Source of the DNA: Candidatus Pacearchaeota archaeon
GTDB taxonomy: Archaea; Nanobdellota; Nanobdellia; Pacearchaeales; DTIR01
Direction of reading: 5' to 3'
DNA: 64,000 bases
Assembly (NCBI GenBank): GCA_018303805.1
Contig: JAGVXL010000001.1
Span: forward strand, 433,528-497,527
The notes below the pieces were generated by a model. The model had not been told where the DNA came from. It did not search any database and was given only the letters and a program-made list of their open reading frames with translations. Shown here piece by piece: positions 1-9,648 of the stretch. Numbering within the stretch: the first letter of the stretch is position 1; each line of letters opens with the position of its first letter. The translations under genes were made by a program, and so were the position numbers.

Positions 1-286
1 TTTTATCATTTATGAAGTCCTGCAATGTGCCCTTAATCATCTTCATTAAAAATGCAACTTCTTCTTTGGAACGGGAAAAATTTTCTGTTGAGAATGTGTA
101 AAGCGTTAAAATCTTTATGCCAAGCTCCTTGCACCATTCAAGAATTTCCTTAAATTTTTTCAGCCCTGCCTCATGCCCTTTGAACGCCGGCAAGCCTCTT
201 GCTTTTGCCCATCTCCTATTGCCATCAGGAATAATCGCAAGGTGCCTTGGCACATTCATCTGCCTGCCCTGTTTTTCATTAGCCAT
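1..286 (-). CDS. uppS: cis-prenyl (undecaprenyl) diphosphate synthase, N-terminal part; gene runs off the left edge
   Basis: Not in ORF track because it is edge-truncated. Own translation from ATG at 286: MANEKQGRQMNVPRHLAIIPDGNRRWAKARGLPAFKGHEAGL...LTLYTFSTENFSRSKEEV. It has the IIPDGNRRWA and FSTENxxR signatures. Confidence 0.8.
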   Translation of the reverse strand, partial: MANEKQGRQMNVPRHLAIIPDGNRRWAKARGLPAFKGHEAGLKKFKEILEWCKELGIKILTLYTFSTENFSRSKEEVAFLMKMIKGTLQDFINDK

Positions 287-377
287 TCAAACACTACTTA
301 TATATGATTTTTAAAGCTTATCCAATTTCACAAAAATAAAAAGATTTTAAAATGTATTTTTATTACAACAACTAAAT

Positions 378-812
378 ATGGCAAAAAAAACATCAGGGGG
401 TTGCTGGGATTTGTCTGACCAGCTTGACTCAGATGCAGTTGCATCGGCATTTTCAAGGCTTGTTTCCGGGGGCAAGGCGGGCTATAAGGCGGTTATAGAA
501 AGAAAAAAAGAAGTTCCAATATGCAAGAAATGCGGAAAAGAACTTGAAGGCATTGAAAAATTCTGCCCTGAATGCGGTGAGAAGACAGAATGGCAGAAAA
601 AAAAGGAAGAGCCGGTTATTCTGCTCACAAGAGAGGAGCTTGAAAAAAAATTCAAGTCAGGGGAGAAAAAAGAACATGAAGTTCTTGCTTACTTGCGGGA
701 TGAGCTGAAGATCCAGGAGAATACAGCATTTGAATTAATAAAGAAATGGGAAAAAGAAACCCGGGAACCAGAAAAAACTGGAGATATAGACTTAAACCAA
801 TTCAATGGTTAA
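378..812 (+). CDS. Zinc-ribbon protein, function unknown
   Basis: CKKCGKELEGIEKFCPECG (CxxC-x10-CxxC) followed by a K/E-rich helical tail. Confidence 0.5.
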   Translation: MAKKTSGGCWDLSDQLDSDAVASAFSRLVSGGKAGYKAVIERKKEVPICKKCGKELEGIEKFCPECGEKTEWQKKKEEPVILLTREELEKKFKSGEKKEHEVLAYLRDELKIQENTAFELIKKWEKETREPEKTGDIDLNQFNG

Positions 813-819
813 TCTGCAG

Positions 820-1836
820 TCAAGGCAAAAAATTCCTTCCTAAATTTTCTAAAAGGTCTATATGCCTTTCAAAATACTGCCTTGCCTTCTCAAAAGTCTT
901 TATTAGTTTTGAACTGACTGCATTTTTTAAGTCCAATGGGTGCAGATTCCTGCCGACAAATTCATTTTCAAGCTGGGCATAGGAATTAAATACCGCATCA
1001 CCCCCAAATTTTTCTTCTCTCTCAACTTTTATTTTGTTATTCAGGGGGAAAAGGACTGTCTGGCATATCTGCAGGATAGGATTATCCTTCACAATCCCGG
1101 CAGGGCAGTAGGCATCCCTCACCTTTTCTTTGATGCTTTCAGCAGAATCGTAAACTTTGATATGTGTTTCAGGCAATGAGGAGGACATCTTCACACCAGG
1201 GCCTTTCAAAGAGGTTATCAAAGGCATTATTATCTCCACCCTAGAATTATAATCTATCCTTGGCAGAAATTCTCTTGCATACACCATGATATGCCTCTGG
1301 TCTGTGCCTCCAAGCTGGATATCTGCATTAAGATACTGCTCATCCAAGGCCTGCATCAAAGGATATATCATCTCGCTGACTTTCGGCTCTTTCATCCTGC
1401 AAACCTCTGATGCAGCTCTTTTTGCCCTTGTAACTGTTGTCAGGGAAGAAAGCTTCAAAATATCCAGCATATAATCATAATTAAGCTGAAAATCAGAGCC
1501 AAGAATAACCTTTGGCTTCTTGCGCCAAGGCAATGCCAGTTCAATGCATTTTTTGTAATATTCCGCTCTCTTGTTAATCTCACTCCAAGGGCTTTTTAAG
1601 TCATCAAGGGCAGCATGCAGGTCTGCTATCAAAATCTTGTTTCTAATGCCTGCCTCAGAAAAATCAAAAATTTTTGTTAATGTTGCAAGATGCCCTATAT
1701 GAACAGGGCCTGTCGGGGCTGTGCCATAATATGCTGTTACCCTCTTTTTTGTTGCGAGCAGTTTTTCAAGCGCCTCAACAGTTATAATTTCAACAGCATT
1801 CCTTTTCACAATATCCATCCTTTCAATCCCGTTCAT
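820..1836 (-). CDS. tyrS: Tyrosyl-tRNA synthetase (archaeal type)
   Basis: Class I HIGH motif (PVHIGHL) and KMSKS variant (KMSSS); 338 aa is typical for archaeal TyrRS. Confidence 0.9.
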   Translation of the reverse strand: MNGIERMDIVKRNAVEIITVEALEKLLATKKRVTAYYGTAPTGPVHIGHLATLTKIFDFSEAGIRNKILIADLHAALDDLKSPWSEINKRAEYYKKCIELALPWRKKPKVILGSDFQLNYDYMLDILKLSSLTTVTRAKRAASEVCRMKEPKVSEMIYPLMQALDEQYLNADIQLGGTDQRHIMVYAREFLPRIDYNSRVEIIMPLITSLKGPGVKMSSSLPETHIKVYDSAESIKEKVRDAYCPAGIVKDNPILQICQTVLFPLNNKIKVEREEKFGGDAVFNSYAQLENEFVGRNLHPLDLKNAVSSKLIKTFEKARQYFERHIDLLENLGRNFLP

Positions 1837-1922
1837 ATTCTAACAAAAAATGGCGCTTACTTAAACTTTTCTATAATTCAGGAATGGAAAAAATATAAAA
1901 AAGAGAAGATACTTTCAGCAGC

Positions 1923-2261
1923 ATGCCAATCACAAAAATTGCGTTGATAACGGCAGTCATAGGCACTGCTATATTGCTATTTCTTTCCCAGAATCTTGAG
2001 CCGCAGATAATCCAGATTTCTAAGATAAACAGCAGAATGCTGGAGCAATATGTGAAAATTAATGGCAATATAACCTCCCTGAAACATTATGAGTCCATGA
2101 TGCTGTTAACAATTAATGACGGCAGCGGGGAAATTACAGCGGTTATATACAATCCTGATAAAAATCAGAATTTAACTGGGAAATCCGTGATGGTTATTGG
2201 CAGAGTAAAGGAATACAAAGGAAAACTTGAAATAGAGGCAGCAACAATCCAGGAAAAATGA
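1923..2261 (+). CDS. Membrane-anchored OB-fold (tRNA_anti-like) protein
   Basis: N-terminal TM helix, then an OB-like segment: ...VKINGNITSLKHYESMMLLTINDGSGEITAVIY...VIGRVKEYKGKLEIE. Confidence 0.5.
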   Translation: MPITKIALITAVIGTAILLFLSQNLEPQIIQISKINSRMLEQYVKINGNITSLKHYESMMLLTINDGSGEITAVIYNPDKNQNLTGKSVMVIGRVKEYKGKLEIEAATIQEK

Positions 2262-3457
2262 ATTTGTTTATAGAGCTCATTCTTGGGATGATACTTGGAA
2301 TTTTAACAGGGATGTTTACTGGCTTAATGCCTGGAATACACATAAATTTTGTTGCATTGATGATTTCAGCATCCTCTTCATTCCTGCTGGGTTACTTTAA
2401 TGCCATTGCGATAGTTTCCTTCATAATCTCCATGTCGATAACACATACTTTTCTTGATTTTGTCCCTTCTATTTTTTTATCCGCTCCGAATTCTGAAACA
2501 GCACTGTCAGTAATGCCCGGGCATGACATGCTTCTCAAAGGGAGGGGCTATGCTGCAGTCAGGCTGGCAGTAACTGGATGTTACCTTGGGCTGTTCATTC
2601 TTGTCATTACAAGCCCTTTGTTCATATATGGCATGCCTTTTATTTATAATATCATTAAGAAATCCATTGCAATAATCCTCATTTCTGCATCGCTGTTCCT
2701 CATGGTGAAAGAAAGGGATAAGATTCTTGCATTTTTTATCTTTATGCTTTCAGGGGCATTAGGCTTTGCCTCCCTGAATCTTCCAGTTTCCCAGCCGCTC
2801 TTCCCTCTGCTTACTGGCTTGTTTGGGACAAGTATGCTTGTTACAAGCGTGTATGAAAGGGCAAAGATTCCAAAACAGGAACTTAGCATAATAAAAATTG
2901 GAAGGATGGAAAAGGCAAAAGCAATTTTTGCTGGGATTTTTTCTTCAGGGTTATGCAGTTTTCTTCCAGGGCTTGGAGCAAGCCAGGCAGCAGTAATCGG
3001 CTCTGAAATAAGCGGCAAAATATCCAGCAGGGGATTTTTGCTGCTGCTTGGCATTATAAGCACTCTTGTCACCGGGCTTAACTTTGTTGCTATCCTGGCA
3101 ATAGGCAAGCCGAGAAGCGGTGTTGCCGTAGCCGTAGAGAAAATCCTGCAATCAATGACTATACAGCAGCTTTATCTGTTCCTTGCAATAGCCTTAATCT
3201 CAGGAAGCGTGGCATTTTTAATCGCATTGTTCTTTGCAAAGATATTCGCAAAAAATGTCTCAAGAATAAATTACACAAAAGTTTCTATTGGGATTGCCTT
3301 ATTCCTGGCGATGATGTGCCTTGTTTTTTCAGGCATTATTGGCCTGCTGATTATGGCAACGGCAACCGCTCTCGGCATATTCGCAATAAAAAGCAATGTA
3401 AGAAAAATGCACCTCATGGGATGCTTGATGCTGCCTGTTATCCTTTATTTTTTATAA
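2258..3457 (+). CDS. Polytopic membrane protein, TctA/DUF112-like
   Basis: More than 10 predicted TM helices; repeated G-x-x-PG-x-G loops (TGLMPGIHINF, FLPGLGASQAAV); ATGA overlap with the upstream gene. Confidence 0.55.
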   Translation: MNLFIELILGMILGILTGMFTGLMPGIHINFVALMISASSSFLLGYFNAIAIVSFIISMSITHTFLDFVPSIFLSAPNSETALSVMPGHDMLLKGRGYAAVRLAVTGCYLGLFILVITSPLFIYGMPFIYNIIKKSIAIILISASLFLMVKERDKILAFFIFMLSGALGFASLNLPVSQPLFPLLTGLFGTSMLVTSVYERAKIPKQELSIIKIGRMEKAKAIFAGIFSSGLCSFLPGLGASQAAVIGSEISGKISSRGFLLLLGIISTLVTGLNFVAILAIGKPRSGVAVAVEKILQSMTIQQLYLFLAIALISGSVAFLIALFFAKIFAKNVSRINYTKVSIGIALFLAMMCLVFSGIIGLLIMATATALGIFAIKSNVRKMHLMGCLMLPVILYFL

Positions 3458-3714
3458 ATACCAAAAAAATTAGTCAGGCATGCCCTGAATTCAGGTATCG
3501 CATACTTAAATGTCTCGCTGTTTATCTTGAATCCATAATCCATCCCGGGAGATTTATAGGATTCATAAACCCATAAAATCTTCTTTAATATCTTTTTATC
3601 TTTTATCCCTTTTCTTAATTTCTGATACATTTCCTCAAATGTAGCCACATTCAATTGAATATCTTCTTTCCTTGCAATATCTATATAATAACTTAAAATT
3701 TTTCCAAGTGCCAT
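3445..3714 (-). CDS. Hypothetical protein (tail of PolD operon)
   Basis: ORF only; same strand as and immediately downstream of DP2. Confidence 0.3.
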   Translation of the reverse strand: MALGKILSYYIDIARKEDIQLNVATFEEMYQKLRKGIKDKKILKKILWVYESYKSPGMDYGFKINSETFKYAIPEFRACLTNFFGIYKK

Positions 3715-3721
3715 TTTCTAT

Positions 3722-3955
3722 TTAGCTAAATAGACTCTCTTTTAAAATTTTACGGTCTATGGTGGAAAGGTTGTCTGATGTATTCTCAACCTGCACTATC
3801 TTGATGCCTTGGTATTTTGTTTGTATATACTCTACAGTCTCTTTCAAATCACTGCACCATTTGGCAGGGCATTTCAGGGGATAAGTTTTGTCCATGACAA
3901 GGTACATAAAATTTACCTTACAGATTCCAAGTTTTATTTCCTGCCCGGGATTCAT
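3722..3955 (-). CDS. Hypothetical protein (tail of PolD operon)
   Basis: ORF only; 3 nt downstream of the DP2 stop. Confidence 0.3.
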   Translation of the reverse strand: MNPGQEIKLGICKVNFMYLVMDKTYPLKCPAKWCSDLKETVEYIQTKYQGIKIVQVENTSDNLSTIDRKILKESLFS

Positions 3956-3958
3956 TTT

Positions 3959-6900
3959 TCAAAACCATCTCTGCAATGCCTCCTGTTTTTCATTTTCCCT
4001 GCCGAACACGCTCTCAATATACCTCTGGGTCAATTCAAGGGACTGCTTGATATAATCGGACACTTCATATTTCTTTGCAAGCTGCAATGCCAGCTCCAGG
4101 TATTTTATCACCCCCCCCTCTGAAATTGTAAAGATTATCCTTCCTGAACATTTAATGCAATTTTCCTGCAAGGGGGGCCTGCGGTATTTCTCATTGCACT
4201 TCACACAGCGAAACTGCTGCATTGAAAATTTTCTTAGGTTTCCCCTTATATCCCTTATCAGATGCCGTTGTATAATCAGGCTTGCAACATCTGCTGTATC
4301 CACTGCCCTTATTTTTTCAACAAGCTCCATCTGCCTCTGCACCTTTTCCTGCATTGTTGCAATTTTCTTATATGAAGAGCATGTTGTTCCAGAGGCGATA
4401 TCTGAAGTTTCATGTGTATAATGCAGATTTTGGAATGCCTCATCACTTCCAACCTTGTCCTTTACCTGAGGCATTTTTATGGTATGGGGCATTACTTGCT
4501 TTTCAGCTGCCCTGTAAAACTCAATAGGCAGCTCTTTTGCTATGTCAATGTCAAAAATCATGTCGTCTACCTCCCCGGGCCTTATCCTTGCATTTAAAAC
4601 TAAAGGGGCATCTTGTGTGCCGCCCCTATGGGCTGGCAGATATCCCCTGGAAAAATTAAGCAAAACATCCATGAGCATGCTTAATGAGGCCTCGTCACCA
4701 TCGCAGTCCCTACGCATTGCCGCATGAATATAAGGGGATGCCAGAAAAGATTGCGTATTGCTGAAACCAATAATCCTGCAGACTACCCCTGCACAATTAT
4801 GGGGGGCAATTCCAACTGTAAGCTTGCCTATCAAATCCCCCCTGTTGTTAACATTATAAAAAGGCCTCAAGCCATAGAGCCTTACAAGAAGATTGTCTAT
4901 AAACTTGCATACCCTAATAAAAACCTCGTCTGCCTGCTCGTCCAAGCTGTCTGGGGCACAGGGCAGGATAACATCATGGGGCTTTATCTCCAAAATCTGC
5001 TCTTCATTTTCAAGCTCTTGGCCATGAATGTCATGAGTATATCCCACTTCCCTGAGTTTGGAGATTTCCACATGGATTTCCTTTGGCTTGAAGTGGGTTA
5101 TGGGCACTTCAACAGCATCGTATCTTATTGTGCCGTCTTTATTTACATTCAGGCCAAACATCGCCCTTAATACCCCTTTGGACAGATGTTCAGGGATATG
5201 GGATTCAGAAGAAGTTCCTCTGACGCCTTTAATCAAAACAGGAACTTCTGTTTTCTGCATGTTTAATTTTTTTATGGCAGAATCAAGATAATGTTTTATA
5301 TCAAGCCTTTTAGTCATAAAATCAACTGCTGTTCCATGTGTGGGGCAATAATCTATATTAAGATTTATATCGCACCCCCTGCAATAATACGTCTTTCTTG
5401 TTTGATTGCCGCACTGCTCGCATATGAAGTATACAGTCTCTATATTGCAATTGTCACAATGATACAAAGGGAAATCCGCCTTGACATCTGTTTCACATGC
5501 CTCCTGCACGCTTCTAAATCTGCCTCCTGCCTCCCCAACAGGAAAAAGCACATGCGGCGAGCCTGTCAATTCCCTAAGTTTTGCTTTTTCCGGCCTGCCC
5601 ATCCTTGAGCCTATAAAAGTTCCTGATTTGTCCCTGATTTCAAAAGAGGAGAATTTATTAACGATATCCAAAACCCCGTCATCTTGTTTTTCCGTCTCTG
5701 CAAGCATTTTCAGAATTTTTTCCCTGTCAAGGGAATTTTCCAAGCCGAGGTTAACAAGCAAGGCCTTTGCAGAAGGCTCTTCAATGATGATATTCTCCAA
5801 GCTTAGGAAATGGGGCACAGCAAGCAATTCCAATGCTCTCTTGCCATTCTCTTCTACAGGCAGGATGAGCTTTCCTTCAACAAATCTTGCCTTTTCAACC
5901 AGTTTTAATAATGCAATAAATTTTTCCCTATTTAACTCGCGCCAATAAAAAATATAGGAAGGATGCAATGATACTCCATACTCCTTGCTCAACTCCTCTG
6001 CCTTTTCCATGCTGACTTTTCTTTCATTTACAGTTTCTGCAGTTTCCCTGCTTTTTTCTTTCAGCTCTGCAAGCCAGTATTCCTCAACATAACCAGAAGG
6101 CAAGAGGGGATGATTCCTGTTTGCAAAATCCCCAAATGGAATAAGCAAATCCCCCAGATAAAGTATTTCCTTTATTTCCTTGAATAATTTCAACGCCTCT
6201 TTTTTGTCCTGCAGTTTTAACACCCTGCCATTATGCAATTTCACAACAGGCCCATCAATTGTGTCACAGCAGGTTACTGCTGCTGCTTTAGTTGGCTTTT
6301 CTAGCCTTATTTGGGTGCCAAATGCAATAAAATCATCCAACGCAGCCATTGTCGCAGGATGAATTGCCAAGGCAGAATATCCTGTGCAGCGGGTTCTACC
6401 ATATCTCAAGCGGAATGCCCCGGAATAGGATGGATGCCCAAACACAGGCCTGCCTGCAACCAGGTCTTTTAGGTAAGTTCCTGTTGCCTGCTCTGTCTTT
6501 TTTTCAACAAGCTTTCTCTGCAATTTCACAAACTCGTCTAAAAAATTCCAATCCTCCAGATTGAAGCCCTTTTCAACAAGCTTGCTCTTTATTTTTAAGA
6601 GCTTGGCTGCTTTCTGGGCAAGGCACTCGCTGATAGTCAAGGCAAAACCACCTCTAATCAGGTTTGTGTCTACTCTTTCCAAATCCTTGTAATTGCTTAC
6701 CTCTCTCTGTTCTGTTGGCAGCCCTGTTACCTGAAGAGGAATGTTCTTGAATAAAAACTCAAGCTCTTCTTCCGATGCAAGATATTGAAGATTCGCAACC
6801 CTTTCATGATAATCATAAATTTCAGTTATTCCCCTTTTTGCTTCCTTTTCTGTTGCGTCATATACTGCATAGCCAAACATCTTCCTTAGATAATCCAAAA

Positions 6901-7396
6901 GAAGCAGGGAAAAAGCCCCTGCTGTAGTGCCCGCGCTTCTTATTGGGCCAGAATAATAGGCAGCAAAATAATCCTCTCCATTCCCTGTCTTCTGTAATTT
7001 AAAGTGAGTATATCCCTCCAGGGGAGAAGCCACAACACCTAATGTTATGTAAGCAAATCCCACTCTGAACCCTGCATCAACTGCTTCAAGATGGCTCTGG
7101 AATTTGCAGAATTTCTCTTTTGCTATTTCTTCTGCTATTCTCAAACAGACAGCATGGTCAAGCAAGCCATGCTCCTGCTCAAGCTCCTTTATCCTGTTGA
7201 TAAGATGCGTGCTGTTAAGCTGGGGGTAAAGGGAAGAGATTAGCTCTACTGCTCTCTGGGCAAGAGAGGTTGCGAGAGGGCTTTCAATTTTGCTTTTAGG
7301 GTCAAATCCCTTTTTTCTTGCTTCTTCTGCAATGCTGTACTCTACCCTTACCTTCCTTTCAATCTCGGCAAAATATTTCTGCATTTTAAAATCCAA
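3959..7396 (-). CDS. polC: DNA polymerase II (PolD) large subunit DP2
   Basis: 1145 aa. Catalytic RRDCDGDE motif, internal Cys4 clusters (CDNCN...CEQCG...CRGCD), C-terminal CVKCNEKY...CIKCSG zinc module. No intein evident. Confidence 0.92.
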   Translation of the reverse strand: MDFKMQKYFAEIERKVRVEYSIAEEARKKGFDPKSKIESPLATSLAQRAVELISSLYPQLNSTHLINRIKELEQEHGLLDHAVCLRIAEEIAKEKFCKFQSHLEAVDAGFRVGFAYITLGVVASPLEGYTHFKLQKTGNGEDYFAAYYSGPIRSAGTTAGAFSLLLLDYLRKMFGYAVYDATEKEAKRGITEIYDYHERVANLQYLASEEELEFLFKNIPLQVTGLPTEQREVSNYKDLERVDTNLIRGGFALTISECLAQKAAKLLKIKSKLVEKGFNLEDWNFLDEFVKLQRKLVEKKTEQATGTYLKDLVAGRPVFGHPSYSGAFRLRYGRTRCTGYSALAIHPATMAALDDFIAFGTQIRLEKPTKAAAVTCCDTIDGPVVKLHNGRVLKLQDKKEALKLFKEIKEILYLGDLLIPFGDFANRNHPLLPSGYVEEYWLAELKEKSRETAETVNERKVSMEKAEELSKEYGVSLHPSYIFYWRELNREKFIALLKLVEKARFVEGKLILPVEENGKRALELLAVPHFLSLENIIIEEPSAKALLVNLGLENSLDREKILKMLAETEKQDDGVLDIVNKFSSFEIRDKSGTFIGSRMGRPEKAKLRELTGSPHVLFPVGEAGGRFRSVQEACETDVKADFPLYHCDNCNIETVYFICEQCGNQTRKTYYCRGCDINLNIDYCPTHGTAVDFMTKRLDIKHYLDSAIKKLNMQKTEVPVLIKGVRGTSSESHIPEHLSKGVLRAMFGLNVNKDGTIRYDAVEVPITHFKPKEIHVEISKLREVGYTHDIHGQELENEEQILEIKPHDVILPCAPDSLDEQADEVFIRVCKFIDNLLVRLYGLRPFYNVNNRGDLIGKLTVGIAPHNCAGVVCRIIGFSNTQSFLASPYIHAAMRRDCDGDEASLSMLMDVLLNFSRGYLPAHRGGTQDAPLVLNARIRPGEVDDMIFDIDIAKELPIEFYRAAEKQVMPHTIKMPQVKDKVGSDEAFQNLHYTHETSDIASGTTCSSYKKIATMQEKVQRQMELVEKIRAVDTADVASLIIQRHLIRDIRGNLRKFSMQQFRCVKCNEKYRRPPLQENCIKCSGRIIFTISEGGVIKYLELALQLAKKYEVSDYIKQSLELTQRYIESVFGRENEKQEALQRWF

Positions 7397-8033
7397 AAAT
7401 TTTGATCAGTTCTCTAAAATCATGAATAACATGCTTGGCATTATTTGCTACCTCTTCCTTCTTGGGATTAAAGGCAATAAATAACCCAACTTTCCGGCCA
7501 ACAGAGATATCATTTTCATTGTCTCCGACATGGCATATCTCTTCAGGAATTATGCTATACTGCCTGCATATTTCACCTATTTTTTTATGTTTTCTCCATA
7601 TTGGCACATTATAATCCAAAGTGCCTGTGAAAAATCCATTGTTTCTATTCAAAACATTGCAGAAAGAGAAATCCAGCTCCAGCTCCTCCTGGGCTTTTTC
7701 TGCAACTAAATCTATCGATGTTGTAAGCAATCCCCTCAACAATTTTCCTTTGCTTGCTCTTGCGAATTCTCTTGCCCCAGGGGAGTAAGGCAGGGGGAAA
7801 AGAAATTTTTCTGCAGTTTTAACAGGCAGATTTATTAAATCTGCTGTATCCTGATTTGCCCACTCCAAATCAGAATTTTTTCTTCCATAAAATTTGTCTA
7901 TTCTCTTGTCCCATCTATCCTTCAAGCCGTAAGCGCAGCCAAGAGCGTCCCAGCTGGATTCAAACCTGCTTCTAATATTTTTATATGCAACAAGACAGCC
8001 ATCAACATCCAGGCTTATCAATTTGATTTTCAT
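7386..8033 (-). CDS. HAD-superfamily phosphatase
   Basis: Motif I DVDGCL and C-terminal GDNENDI. Sits between DP1 and DP2 and overlaps the DP2 start by 11 nt. Confidence 0.6.
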   Translation of the reverse strand: MKIKLISLDVDGCLVAYKNIRSRFESSWDALGCAYGLKDRWDKRIDKFYGRKNSDLEWANQDTADLINLPVKTAEKFLFPLPYSPGAREFARASKGKLLRGLLTTSIDLVAEKAQEELELDFSFCNVLNRNNGFFTGTLDYNVPIWRKHKKIGEICRQYSIIPEEICHVGDNENDISVGRKVGLFIAFNPKKEEVANNAKHVIHDFRELIKIFGF

Positions 8034-8049
8034 TTTTGAAATAATACTA

Positions 8050-9648
8050 TTAACTGCTGAAATCCAGTATGTTCACCGCTCCTGTTTTCAGATTCAGTAG
8101 GGGAACTTTGCAGGGGTCTGGCTCATTACCCACTTTCTCCTCATAGGGAGTTATGGACTGCCAGCATGAACAGGATACTATCAAAATGTTGTTGTAGGAA
8201 GAGACGTCTGTCCTGTGGACTTCCCCATTTGTTATGATGTCAGGGACAGTTGTTATTGCCAAAGGGTCTGTATTTTCTGAGGGGATATAAACAACAGAGG
8301 AATGTGTTGGGGCAAGATGCCTTCTTTTTAGGATATGTTTGACCACTTTTGAAGGGGAGTGATGCGCATTTGCCAATCTTAATTCCTCTATATCGCTTAT
8401 CAAACTATGAAAGGATGCGCCATGATACATCAGGATTTTCAAGCCGTCAAAATCCTGAGACGAGGCAATGTTAACCAAAGAGGGGTTGCTGACTAATAGC
8501 AGGTTTTCTAAATTATACAGCGGCTCGGCAAAATATCTGTCAATTGGTGGTTGCGGCTCGGCAGTTCTGACTGAATCATGCTGCCCTGGGCACATTATTA
8601 TATAAACATCCTTCCTTATTTTCCCAAGCAATTCAGCAAGCCGGACATACTGTTCTCTGATGTCTTTTATTGCAAGCAGGTTTTCCTGGTTTGGGTAAAC
8701 ACCAACACCATCAACGCAATCCCCAACAATGAAAAGATACTTCACTTTTCCTGCCATCTCTTTTTGCTGTTCAGAGCCGATTTCTGCATTCAGCCACTTT
8801 ACAAACTTCAGGAAGTTTTCTTCAAGAAACTTAATCGAGCCGACATGCAAATCAGAGGTAAATGCAGCATACTCCTCTATAGGGGCTTTTTTTCTTTCTG
8901 GCTGCATCGCATCTGGGAAAACTATGTCATTGACAAAAAGCATTTCACCTGTGCCAGAACACCTAAAGCCAAGGGTATCATCCAGGACTGTACTCTGCGC
9001 TTTCTTAAAAACATCCTCTTTGTTTGCATTAATAAGCAGAACAGCCCTTCCTGTCAAATCTTCTACCTCTAAAAGGATATTTTTGTTTTTTGTCATCCGC
9101 TTGTCAGTGATAATGCCAATAATTGAAACATTCTGCTTCTGTCCGTTTATCTTGTTTATTGATGTAAGGTTTTGGAGTTCATTGCGTTCCTGAAGAATAC
9201 TCTTAAAAAAGATAAACCGGTTGCGGAAGTGATTCACAAAATCCCCTACAGAAATCTTCCTGCTTGGCAATATAAAGGAATCAATAATTTTAACATGGCC
9301 ATTGAAACTTTTGGAAATTTCTTCTGCCTTTTCCTCTTTCTTCTCTGTTTGCGCCTGCTGTGGTACAAGGGGTTTTAGATGGGATTTTAAAAAAGAGGCA
9401 TATCTGTCTATGATTTCTGATTTTTCTTTCTTTTGGGATTTATAATTGTCAAATATCAGGAGAATTTTGTCTATATTGATTGAAAGGGCAGATATAGAAA
9501 GCATCTTGTTTTTATTAATGCTGCATAAAACCTCTGCTAGATAGCTGTTTATCTCTTCATCAAAAGAGGGCACATTCAGCAGGATATCTGCGAGTTCCGG
9601 CTCCATAAGAAACCCATTCTGCAAGCAGGATTTAACCAAGGTGTTCAT
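8050..9648 (-). CDS. polB: DNA polymerase II (PolD) small subunit DP1 (Mre11-like phosphoesterase)
   Basis: Calcineurin-like motifs DLHVGS, GDCVDGVGVYP, GQHD, YHGAS and GEVH; N-terminal OB region. Confidence 0.88.
   Translation of the reverse strand: MNTLVKSCLQNGFLMEPELADILLNVPSFDEEINSYLAEVLCSINKNKMLSISALSINIDKILLIFDNYKSQKKEKSEIIDRYASFLKSHLKPLVPQQAQTEKKEEKAEEISKSFNGHVKIIDSFILPSRKISVGDFVNHFRNRFIFFKSILQERNELQNLTSINKINGQKQNVSIIGIITDKRMTKNKNILLEVEDLTGRAVLLINANKEDVFKKAQSTVLDDTLGFRCSGTGEMLFVNDIVFPDAMQPERKKAPIEEYAAFTSDLHVGSIKFLEENFLKFVKWLNAEIGSEQQKEMAGKVKYLFIVGDCVDGVGVYPNQENLLAIKDIREQYVRLAELLGKIRKDVYIIMCPGQHDSVRTAEPQPPIDRYFAEPLYNLENLLLVSNPSLVNIASSQDFDGLKILMYHGASFHSLISDIEELRLANAHHSPSKVVKHILKRRHLAPTHSSVVYIPSENTDPLAITTVPDIITNGEVHRTDVSSYNNILIVSCSCWQSITPYEEKVGNEPDPCKVPLLNLKTGAVNILDFSS

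Noticed and set aside
117-314. Plus-strand 65-aa ORF from the track.
   Set aside because: It lies antisense to a clear UppS-family reading frame (minus strand, 1..286) with canonical motifs, so it is most likely spurious.
4155-7484. Numerous 60-155 aa plus-strand ORFs inside the PolD DP2 gene. Similar antisense ORFs occur inside DP1, cdc6, lhr, hef, the pilus ATPase and others.
   Set aside because: They are fully nested antisense to long genes with strong family motifs. Their compositions (Ser/Leu/Phe-rich) are typical of antisense frames.
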